DNA of 64,000 nucleotides from Tubulanus polymorphus (taxonomy: Eukaryota; Animalia; Nemertea). Location of the stretch: positions 22,424,299-22,488,298 of the forward strand of contig NC_134025.1 of NCBI RefSeq assembly GCF_964204645.1, written 5' to 3'. A program made the translations under genes and the position numbers. Each line of letters starts with the position of its first letter. The stretch's first letter is position 1. Positions 1-64,000 of this stretch are shown here, piece by piece. The notes beneath the pieces were generated by a model, which saw nothing but the letters and a program-made list of their open reading frames with translations, ran no database searches and had not been told where the DNA came from.

Positions 1-157
1 TAAGAGTGGTCTTTAAATAACAACCCGGAAAAATTTCGGCAAAATTTCTATGCATAAATTTTTTTAAGTTGAGCAAGGTTTGCTGAAACATCGATATATC
101 GCTAATCAAATGACATACGGATTCTATACGCATCAAGTGAACAGGTTCATATACTAC

Positions 158-1882
<1,725 letters not shown>

Positions 1883-2026
1883 TCTATTTATTTTTATTTT
1901 TAGTTAAAAAGAAGCCAGGGATGGTAGGGATAAAATCAATTAAGGAGAACTGCATCTGTCATTATAGTTAGAGGTGAAGTTGTTGAATGACGATGTAGCA
2001 ATAATTTGTAATTTGAATCCGGACAC

Positions 2027-2100
2027 CTGGACCGGACCAGGAGAACCAATCGCTACGAGTTTGGCCCTTATCTTCTACTTCGTTTTCTCTATCATTTCCC
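2027..2100 (-). other. probable non-coding first exon of the NABP gene
   Basis: An AG acceptor lies 1 nt before the NABP ATG (1884-1886) and a CCAG|GTGTCC donor lies at 2026; the 5' limit is approximate. Confidence 0.4.
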
Positions 2101-2311
2101 GAAAACAAATTCGTTGCAACATTGTTTGCATTATCAAAGAAATGTCGAATAATGATTGATCATGGGGCTCGTATCAAGTCGTTTGACGGATTATCGCTTA
2201 TGCACTAAAAAGCTAAAGTTTGATGGCCCACTCTTTAAGGAGTTACCCGAGGAGCGAAAGCGAAATTCCACAACGATCAATAAACAAAACTGCGTAGAAT
2301 AAACGCTGATT

Positions 2312-2317
2312 TTTATT
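2312..2317 (-). terminator. candidate distal polyadenylation signal of pecanex
   Basis: AATAAA on the minus strand followed by U/GU-rich sequence, implying a 3' UTR of about 2.8 kb. Other AATAAA candidates occur near 4220, 4385 and 4630. Confidence 0.45.
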
Positions 2318-4780
2318 GTGAATGGCACCCTTTTAATGACAAAAACAAACTTCGCATAGATCATTCATAAAAATAAAAAAACAATTTTCACATATATACA
2401 TTCTATAATTGTACACGAGTGCTGAAGAGTACAGGAACCTAACAGAATTAGAATATTAACATCTGTCCACGCAAACGAATTGACTATATTATTAGTTGTC
2501 AGTTTATCAAATACATACAAAAAATGCATCCACTACAAAACACTAGTTTTGACAAGAATTTTGTCCATTCATCCGTATTTGCAACAACTAGCTAAAGATA
2601 TGTTGGTAAATATCGATTGAGCATACATATGATTATTCGTGTATGAAGAACAATGCAACTGCAAATGATTCATTGTTAAGAGTTATCCTTAATTTCCCCT
2701 GGTCTTGGAGTCTTATTACACTGAAAATGTCTTTCAGTACTCTCACAGTAGGTAATCTTTTACAATGGAACTTTATAGATTACAAATTGTATATTTAGAT
2801 ACTACAGTGACAAACATCGCACCAGGCCCTCATAGCTGGTTGAAAGTAGTTGTTCATTTTTCTCATTTGGGGCAAAATTTTGGTCCGCTTTTTCATTTAA
2901 TCTAATAATACATATTCCACCGCTATACGTGTCTATACTTGCATCGATATGCGAATATGAAGATTTGAAAAGAACAAAGATGGATGAAAGGCGATAACAG
3001 TGAAATGAAGAACAGGCATCGACAGCACAAAGATTGACAACTTTTAAGACAGTGCTTTAACACGTTAGCCATCGGCTTGATAATACGGTGCCGCCCCCAA
3101 TTGCCACACAAATGTACTAGTAGGTTGGCACTGGCGCTGTTATATAGTCAGACTTTGCTAGAAATTGACTAATGAGCATCGAGAATGAAACCGAGTTTGT
3201 TCACATTGTCAGCCAATAAGGAACTGTGTCATTCCCGTATGCCAGAGTGCAAATCTGACTGTTAATAGGAAGAATCAGCTACGAATATATCTTTAGTGGC
3301 ACCAGTGAGAGAACCAGAAGTACGAGTATATTCATAGCCGACAAGGAACGTGTCAAAGAGACCATGGCAACGAAAGTTATCTTTTACCACGAAACTGGTT
3401 AAGGATTGCGCGCAAGGAACCACTACTGCTTAGTGCCTTTAACTCAATACATGTATTACTTTTACGCATCATAAATTGACCCAAATAAAGTATTGGCTTT
3501 TACACTTTTCTACGTTTATGCACGGCCCTATCATTTTTCAACCTTAGAGCAATCGGTATCTGTATTCTTCGGGAAAAATCTACTGAGTTAAATTTGTTAC
3601 ACCGAATTTGAAATTACCGCTAGTAGTTTTAAAATTACGTACGTTATGACAATTATATTATTTGTGAATATAAAATACGAATGAAATCAACAAAATAATC
3701 GCTAAGATTTGGAAAACAAACTTTAAATAAGCTCGAGAGACTTTCGATGAACCTCTCTGAGGACTGAGGAAATCTTTTCACAACTAATTACTCATAATAT
3801 ATAAGATCATTCATCCTGGATAATCTGTGACTAGTCCCTAAACTACAGAGATTAATTAATGTATACATAAAGCAAATGCTATCATCATCACAGTTTAAAT
3901 GAATACATTCTCACATGTTTTAACTCCAAAAAAAACAATTTCTTATTCTGATATAATATATCTACCCCATCGGTTGAACTACTATTGTGAGCAGGTTTAC
4001 GACTGATGTTGTATATTATCACAAGAAAATTTCTAACCAAAGACCGGAAAAAATAAATTATTGTCAAGTTAGCGTCGTTCATCTTATTCATTGGTTAATA
4101 ACCAATCCCATAATCGTGTTGCTGCCGGAGCATACAAAACCAAGTTACAAATGGGTGCCAATAGGTATGTTTCATAGGTACTGGTACAGGTAAAACCTCC
4201 CTTAGTGAACACGTTTTGTTTATTACCACGCGTGTTCTCAATAGAGGTTTTACTGTACATTTACTGTACACTGTACACACTTTTGTCAGTGCTTCGTTTT
4301 TCATTTTGACAACTGGTGACACGGCAATTTCGAAATGGTAATGATATCCGCAATAATCTGCTTATCAAATCTCATATCTACGGATTTATTAGTAATTGAA
4401 AAAACAAAGTCAAAAGCGACTGAAATGTGCAGCTTTGCGCGCTTATCTTTACAATAAAAGGGAGAGAAAACTTTACCATGGGCCACATACACACTTGAAT
4501 CTAGTTGGAGAAAATACACACTACACAGGCTGCCAACTTTGTCATGTCTATATCCAAACTTCATAGGAGGCTTGCATTAAAAATTTTCATTAAATATCCT
4601 AAGTAGTCATGAAATTATTCGTAACTCAATTTATTCATTTAACTATAATCACGACCAACTAGCTATTACTGATTAATTCATACTTGTATATCTTCGCAAT
4701 TACAACATACTTTATATACTTTGATGCTTATATACATATGCATATAAACATTCTTTTTGTTTATCTATCGGCACCAATTA

Positions 4781-4910
4781 TAGCCGCGATCGCACGGTCA
4801 TGCCAAATTTAGCTCCGGCCGAACAGGCACAGGCCTAATTAGCACCCGTGTGAACAGTTGTTCCGGGCCAAATTCGGCACAGGCCAATAACGCTCGTGTG
4901 ATCGCGGTTG
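4781..4910. mobile_element. short MITE in the pecanex 3' UTR
   Basis: TIRs TAGCCGCGATCGCACG / CGTGTGATCGCGGTTG, related to the ends of the 33535 family. Confidence 0.55.
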
Positions 4911-5153
4911 TAATAAGGGATTATTCTATAACGTGTTGCAAAATTGTCTATTGGAAATCCCCCTTCCCTTGTCATCAAATATAAATGGCTAAATTTCTAA
5001 CCCTACCCCTAATCGTATCATATATAGTAAATGAACGACCTCGAATCTAAATAAATAAAGCGCGCCGTATTATTCCTATAACTCGACGCGACAAAACTCA
5101 ATCACAGATGCTTTTTGTTTTCGTTTTCCGTCTTTCATCGTCTCGAATTGTCA

Positions 5154-56216
<51,063 letters not shown>

Positions 56217-56945
56217 CCCGCGTATAAACTTACTTATTGAATAGCGAATGTGTTTACGTGTACGTATTTTATTACATGTGTGTGTTGCGCGTGTGTGCGT
56301 GCGAGTGTCCTAGATATTTTTCAGATGTGATAATTTTTCCGTTTTAACTGTTTTACATGTGCGCGCGCGCACGAAGTCTTGCCACCTCGTCGTAGTAGAA
56401 GGAGGCGGCAGTCGGGGAAACAAAAAATAATCAAAATATTCCATTTTAATCTCGATTATGAATGTCGATACACGTGTACATATACCTTTAGTGACGCAAT
56501 GCCCGGATGAAAAGTGTTCTTGTACACCAAATTTTTTATTCATATCAATGCTGAATTTTCAACGTGTAGTAGTACTATGTCAGTGATGAGTCAGATAAGC
56601 GACTGATTTTTTCGAACAAAATACGACGCTAGTATATCGCCGAGATAAGTCGTTCGAGCTGATAAATTAGATATCAAAATATGTGAATACGCTTGCCGAT
56701 CTAAGCGCCAGCGACTTTCGTGTAAGTAGCACATTACAGCGAAACCTCGTTGCATCGACTGTCAAAAGTCGGTTACCCATTTACGAGCAGACCAGTCGAA
56801 AAAATTGGGGCCGGTTCCATAGTCAAGACTTAAGACCAATATTCTTATTTGTGGCTAAGACTTAAGACCAATCTAAGACCAACTCAGTTCCATAGCCAGT
56901 CTAACAAGTTCAGACAAAGCTAGATATAAGACAGTGTATGGACTT

Positions 56946-57150
56946 TTATTTTGGTTTTCTATTTATTCTCTCAACCTACTGAGCACCACGTAAGCGAGTT
57001 CGATATTTTTTTTTCTTAATGGGGGAAAGACCAGAGAATAACCTTCGCCACCAGAAACTCTGTCGCCACCAGGATTCGAACCCATAAACCCTGGATTGAC
57101 GAGATCAGTGACTAGCGGCTTAAACCACCGGACCACCACGCCTCTCCCAC
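56946..57150 (-). mobile_element. tRNA-derived SINE inserted into a Harbinger-like MITE (56807-57181)
   Basis: Minus strand A box TGGTCCGGTGG, B box GGTTCGAATCC, an A-rich tail, and an imperfect TSD TGGACTT/TGAACTT that interrupts the MITE consensus. Confidence 0.75.
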
Positions 57151-59167
57151 TGAACTTAAGTCTCGACTATAGAACTGCCCCTGGCATACCATTTGCATTT
57201 CTTCAGTGACAAATCAAATTTGGCATTGTGGAAATGTTTTGGTGAGCAAACATTTTGCTCTCTTGAAGTCAAAAAGGAATAAGATGAACTGATTTTTACT
57301 ATGGTCGAACCTGAATCAGTCTATCTAAATCTGGATGTATTCAGATTCAGATACATTTCAACGAGGTTTTGCTGTCTTTATGATTACCGCGCTGCTTCGT
57401 TGTTTCGTCAGTTTTTATTCAAATCAAGAGATAAATAGAGATGAATTCCATAGATATAACTGAAAATACTTTTAAATGGTTCATCTATATTCCATCGAAT
57501 TTCTGATTTGAACAATCACTCGAAAGTTTCAGAAGGCGCACGTGCTACTGGAAAAGAGGTTGTAGTAAATATTGCAGTTTACTTATTTAGGTATGGACTT
57601 AGGTTGGCAAGCACTGTAATGCCAAATACGTCGTGTTTAAGAAACATATTCCGATGGTTCGAAATGCAATAGACGAATACCAAACAGTTATCATAGATAG
57701 CCTGGTATTTCATATCTTACGGAAATACATGTGTCCATCCAAGCATTAACATGACAAATAAGTCAATACCTGTCGCGGGTATTTTTAGACGAAATGTCAT
57801 AATTTTGTGTGCAAAACACATATGTACATGTATGCCGAACGGGCTGTTTGATAATGTTTGAACAACTTCAGTAATGTTTGGACTGAAAAATTGGAAGTTT
57901 CATTTTTTTTCTCCAGCAGTATGTTGTTATTGATTAACTTCTTGACCGCCGTACTGTACCATCGCAAATCTTTAGTGAACTTTAGAGATAACTGACACTA
58001 TGTAACCATGGTGCATCGGTAAGTTCCTATTTTCGTGGGTAGCTGACAATCCAACGCATAAGTTTGCCAAATCATAATACTAATAGATAGGTACTCGAGA
58101 AAGGTTAAAGCAAATACGATATTCAGCGTCATCATTTTCAGGATTCTCATCATTTACGTACAATCCCATTTTCAGTCGACGCTATTAATCGACTGTAGGT
58201 TTTATACACTGTTCTCATCGCGTAATCGTTATGATAAATGTACGTCGCGCACAATTTAAATTTCCTGGATGTTCGAAGGTTTTCTATTATTGACAATAAT
58301 GATAATGATAATACATCATGTAACATGTACTACGATGATTGTACAGAACCAAATGCGTACGAGCTTCATTCGCCTATTTACGAATTCAACTGCATAATCT
58401 AGGCTATTTTTGATTTAACTTGACTTCGACGACACCGCTATATTATGACTGGTTTTCCGCGATACGAGTAACAATAACTAGGATCAAACGTTCAATTAAA
58501 TCAATATCGGTTTCTTCGATCGTCGACGCTTCTAGGAAAGATGGCCGTTGACTCTGTCGATCCTAGATTGCGGAAAACCAGGGAATGTAAAAGAATGGTG
58601 CTAACAAAAAATGAATATTGTTCAATTTGTGTACAAAGTAGTGCTTGTTGTTTGTACATAACTGCATGGAACGATTTAGCCATAAGTTGTACAGTGTTCG
58701 GTGTTTCAAATGTTCAATGCACGATGCGTACAAAAAGAAATCTTCTGAAAAACCATCTTATGTATGAACCGTGCGTAAATTTCTGATTTAGAAAAATTTT
58801 TTGTTTTCTTTTTCGTCTTTTCTTTACTAGTTTGACTAAATTTGTACTTCATCGTCCGCTCGAAATGAGCAAGATCATAGTTTACGATTGAACAAACCTG
58901 TGAGGGTATTTATCGCGCTCAGTCCCGTCGAAGATCGCGCGTGAATCAAGGAATCAAAACAAAAAATGAACAATGGCAGTGACGAGAGTCTTTGATTTAT
59001 TTTTGTAAGAACTTGGTGTCCGTAATCACTTTTTTTTTTTTTTTACCATGCCTTCTTTATTATGTGTTTGCTTTTATAATCCATAATCGCCTTGACTCGA
59101 AGTGAATCCAGCGTTCTGGAAGATCGGTGCACATGCATGACCAACAGCTTATTGCTGCATCTATTCT

Positions 59168-59555
59168 AAAGCCTGACTCAGGTCGACTAAGATCCGATCA
59201 GATCGTAAGCAGTCAAAGTCTGCAATTTTTTAATCGGGAAGCTTTTTTCGACATGCGTGTACTTACGACTGCAACGGATTGATCATAAGCCGAATCGTAA
59301 GGATAGAACAAGTTCTATTTTTACAACTGATCTAAACATCATAGCCAATCAACGACGAGGTTTGGGTCACATGATTTTTAGCATTCAAAATGCAGTCAAC
59401 CAACCGCAAGACTCGGCGATGATCAAGTCATAATCGGCCCGAGTGCTCTTAAGATCGTGAGACAAACGAATCGGCACTCAGCAGTTGCGTGTGTGTACTA
59501 CCGCTGTTCTTGCGACGATCTGGGCGGGTCGTAGGTCAACCTGAGCTAGGCTTAG
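59168..59555. mobile_element. second copy of the 52120 MITE family, downstream of the MLK stop
   Basis: Colinear GACTAAG.TC.GATCAGATCGT...GATCGTGAGACAAACGAATCGGCA...ACCTGAGCTAGGCTTA. Confidence 0.75.
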
Positions 59556-59933
59556 GTCTTCTTCTGTTTTATGGCGCACCGTATTATTTTTCTCTGCACT
59601 ACTTCGTTTTGTTACACGCTACACATCATAAGGTATAATCAACGGTTTCAATGTGCTAAATGAATTATAGAGCCTGTATATGCTATCGTAATGAAATATG
59701 TAGTATTAAACCTGATATCGGAGGCCTAGAAATATCATTGGTGGTTTTTTAAACTGCTGTGTGAAGCTAGTCAGTGTAAGTTGTTTGTCCATGTTTTTTT
59801 TTCATTTCTGTCATTGAGAATGTCATTAATTTATTATTATTTGGTTACATTCATTGAATAACGTTTTGTGATCCTAAAAAATGCTGATGATGAGAAAAGC
59901 GAAATCTTCCTACGATATAGATCTTTCGAATTC

Positions 59934-60151
59934 AAGATGGCCGCCACCTATGATATGACTCGAAGACTAGTAAAAACCCACAGTTGATAAGAAAGCGTTT
60001 ATTGACTGATGTGGGTTTTGACTTGTGACTTGTGACATCGTCGAACTATTTCTAGCAATTTTGTCAGTAGATTCTGCCAGAAAATCGTTGCGAAAAGACA
60101 ATATTGCTAGTATGCAATTTCAAGATCTCGCAGTAGGAGGCGGCCATCTTT
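59934..60151. mobile_element. MITE-like element with AAGATGGCCGCC inverted ends
   Basis: AAGATGGCCGCCACCT / AGGAGGCGGCCATCTT inverted pair. Confidence 0.5.
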
Positions 60152-62566
60152 AATGAACGGATCGATACTCATACCGGTTTGCACTGTTTTTACTCGAAGA
60201 AGAATCACAATCAATAAATAGATGTGGATGAATCATCGATAATGTGCAGTATATAGAAAATGAAAAATTGTTGTCTAAATAAGATAAAACATGTCGGAAT
60301 TTAGAATTTGTCTGCTACACACACATGCACTTCGACGCATTACCATTATATGTATATTTGAAGTTGTAATCGGGTGTAGTTTAACCGTGAGTGTCCTGGC
60401 CATTCTCGGGATAAAATGAACAATTACCTAGTGGTACGTAATAAGCTTTATTCGACTTGAGTTGTATGAAAAAATTGAATCGATAACATATCTATTATTG
60501 CCTCAATGTATTTACGATCAAAATGAAAAATAGGATGATAATGGTTAATATACAATGAGTCCAGCCCATGAAATGTTGCGAGATATTTTGAGCTGCACTT
60601 ACTGTTATCATTAAAAACATGGTCATCTAAGCCATTATATACGTCGAAGTCATTGGATCTGGCTCATTTTGCTGTACTTTACATGATAAAACGTCTGTCT
60701 ACAATGTTTCCTCAAACTGTAAATACATACTATATGAAATATTGATTATGTGATACAGTGTATTGATTTTTTCAATCCTCTGGCGAACTTATGTTCAAAG
60801 AAAACACTTTTTAACCAGATTGTTCACATATTGTTCCTTTGATGATTTTCTTGCCAGTCGATATAAGCTATGTTCACAAGTCATGTTCGCAGACTCTGTC
60901 TAGATATATATAGCTTTAAAACATTGTTGGTATTCGTATAGATTTTTTTCAACCATGGACTGATCTGAAACTCACCTGAAATCCAAGGAGGCCCCTTTCG
61001 ATTGTGCTCCTCCGGAAGAGGGGCGGGAGATAGAGCATAGCGTATGAATCGAAATTATTGCAGTTTTATGAAAACTTGCCATTGTCTTCCAGCAGAAGAC
61101 AGTTCTGCCATCACAGAGATGGCAGAAACTTCCAAACGCAGGGACAACAATCGAAAGAGAAAGTAGATAGTTCCGCTTCTGACAGAGCACAATCGAATGG
61201 GGCCTTTATTATCTTTTGAAGAGTCCACCATAGGCCATGACAGAGTCGATACATTCAGATATATAGAAGTGCAAAGGTTTTCATCATAGCAAATTGTTTT
61301 TTACATTTCGATCGAATCAAAAAAAAATGTTCGATATAAATGAATATTGAATCATATCGAACTATTCAGTGTTTTAGTATAAATGAATTATTATTGTGAC
61401 TCGCAGAATTCATAATAAGATTAATAACGGTTTGTAAAAAATTATAAAACCTAAATTATCCGTAAATTATTCTAATCCTCATTCTTATTATTTATTGAAT
61501 ATTGAATAATGATAATTAAAAAAAACTTGTGTGTAGATTTTTCTATTTAGTATTTAATTTAATTGAAGGTATTTTATTCATTCGGTCATTCTTTGTTGCG
61601 TAATGTGCGCGTAGATCCCTGGATAAACGATGGAGATTGATAACTGTTAATAAGTCACTTGAAAATTGTTCTCGAACTATGTTTAGGGGTATGCATCTTT
61701 TCACATATCTTTGAATGAGTCAGTCTCTTGAACGGGATGTCGCAAAATGTCTTTCTCTTGATTGCGGTGGACAATTTTGAAGTTCCAAGAACAAAAACCA
61801 TTTTCAAAATGTCTTGTAAATTGATGTTATTTTGATCAATTAGGTTATATAGAATGTCGTTGACAAAAATCTGGCAAATTTTGCCGCAAATACATATGAT
61901 GATTAGCTCCATTTTGATATTGGTACCAGTACTCAAAATTGTATGGAGAAAATTCGATGTAGACGAGGAATTTTGGAGACATCCTGTTCAAGATGTAAAT
62001 TGATAGGAAAACAAGAATTTTTAGCTAGTTCACGTATTGATTGATGCAGTTGATGGAAGATTTTTAGTGCTTAAACAATGTTTAGTTGAATTATATACAA
62101 GTATAGGCATTATGGATCCCATATGTCTAGGGTTAAAAAAGAGTGGCATTTCATCATTTATATACGCTTCATTATATTCAGGTATACTACTTAATAATGA
62201 TTAATTCTCTACTGTGGAACCGGGTCCAGGTGACCCAACGAGAAGTTTGAATAAACATACGACCATGTTTTAGTTTCAATATAGTTCAGTATTTTATGGA
62301 AAGTTTTTAATGGTTTTCTGGTTAATGCTGCTGCGTGGTTTCAACTCAGGTTTGATAAGGGAAGATCGAATAAAGCCCACGATCTTTCACAATGGACACC
62401 TTCCTTCGCACTGAAGTTTAATCATTATGTGATTATATACAATCATTTTATATGATTCAAAGTGCGAATATGATTAAATTGAAAATTCTGATGTGGATTA
62501 TATCGATATCGTAGAAGAAATTTTATCACAAAAAAACTCTTTAAGAAGTATCAAGAAGCACTATAA

Positions 62567-62735
62567 TGTGCTGCCGCGAGGCTCATCGTTAGCGGATTTT
62601 TCCTCCCCTAACTTGAAAGGGCCCTGGCAATCAACGTGCTGTGACACTGTACCGTAAGGTGCTGCCGCTGTGCACATCATTAGCGGATTTTTCAAACACT
62701 AATTTGATTTGACTCTGGCAATCGATGTGCCGCCT
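62567..62735 (+). repeat. tandem duplication of a unit of about 90 bp
   Basis: GTGCTGCCGC...CATC.TTAGCGGATTTTTC...CTGGCAATC.A.GTGC occurs twice. Confidence 0.7.
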
Positions 62736-64000
62736 AGCTACACTCGTCGCTTTACCATAAAAAAAGAACAGAACTGACATGAAATTTGAGTTCTATGACT
62801 TACTCGCCATAAGCAGTATTTTCTCACAATAACATAAAACCGCAAAATATATCTCTCAAATTTGATATCGTGAACGAAATGCTGTAAATATTTGGAGAAT
62901 GCTCTATTCTAGGAGATTTTCATGAATTGTTGTTGATTTCAGATAAAGGTTAACCCGCAATCATCAAAGGTTTTCACAATACATGAAATTAGGGGATATC
63001 CGAAAAAGATCGAATTAAGTTTAGTTGTTTCCTGGATACAGGAGGCCTACTCCAAACATTCTGCGTACGTTCACTTCGATAAACAACGGATAACGCCCTC
63101 GCTATGCTTAAACTGGTACATTTCATTGAAATTCTACAAAAGAGAATCTTGATTTGTTAAAGAAGACTAACAAATCAAGATTCTCATAGCCCCAAATCCC
63201 GCAACCCTTTGTGTTTCAGCGGATTTTAAGTAGCTTTATCATAATTACAACAAAAAGAAATATTTGAGAGAGACGGTACATATATCAATACCATATGAGT
63301 GTCTTTGGAGCGTGAATTTGTTTACAATTGTTTACAATTAAATAGGAATTTTCTTCATCTTCAATTAGATTACATAAAATGCGGTCTTCTTGTTTTACAG
63401 GGCGGTGACGGCCTTTTTCGAATGATAAATAAGTAGATTATTCGAGAACTTTTTCTTAAACTAGCTAGAGCAGATCTCATGCTCATGCCAACTTGAGTCC
63501 GACTCGCATTGCAAGGCCGCGACCTACCGCCCAAGTGCTTGATAAAGATATATTGGCCTAAGCTGATCATTAGCAAGCTTTGTCTGGTACTGGCCGTCGA
63601 CAACAGTCCTATCAGTAATGCGGCCATTGTTATATCGCTATTAATCAACACGAATATATATGAACTTGCAAAACAAGTCTGCATTCATCCAGTCATTCCA
63701 TCACGTAACTAGCTAATAGTTTAGGGGCTCTAGACCCCAGTTTGTGATGGGGTAGCGTGATAAAGGTTATGCGAGATTATTTGAGAGGGCGAGGTGATCA
63801 GTGATCGATAGGGAGAACCTACATGGGATTTTGGCTGTGGGAAAAAAGTAGAACTACACTGGAGATTTGTCGTCTTTGTGGATGATCCATCCAACACTGC
63901 AGGATATAAAAGGCGCTTCCGGATATAAAAGATTATTTGCCGATAGATTGAAAACCAAAGTCGAACGTGTCTTGAATTAAAATACCATATAATCAAATGA

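Noticed and set aside
57055-57150. tRNA gene candidates (also 5860-5910 and 34980-35030)
   Set aside because: A/B boxes are present, but there is no complete cloverleaf or T-run terminator, and they are embedded in repeats, so they are SINE or foldback heads.

Overview
AT-rich, intron-rich animal (invertebrate-like) genomic DNA, not prokaryotic. Three spliced genes were reconstructed by hand from splice sites and reading-frame phases. (1) The 5' part of a SOSS complex subunit B / NABP (hSSB1-like) gene, minus strand, running off the left edge. (2) A complete pecanex gene, minus strand, 37 coding exons, about 2419 aa, with one U12-type (minor spliceosome) intron. (3) A complete mixed-lineage kinase gene (MAP3K9/10/11/21, slipper-like), plus strand, about 1004 aa, with a 17.6-kb first intron and three candidate frame-preserving microexons. 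Pecanex and MLK are head-to-head with start codons about 820 bp apart, and mirror-image YY1-like motifs lie between them; the same pairing is kept in three human paralogous regions. Introns and UTRs contain many non-autonomous DNA transposons (MITEs), tRNA-derived SINEs, a foldback element with tRNA-like arms, and several Penelope-like remnants with minimal hammerhead-ribozyme cores. No CRISPR array, rRNA or intact tRNA was found. All coordinates were read manually; no searches were run.
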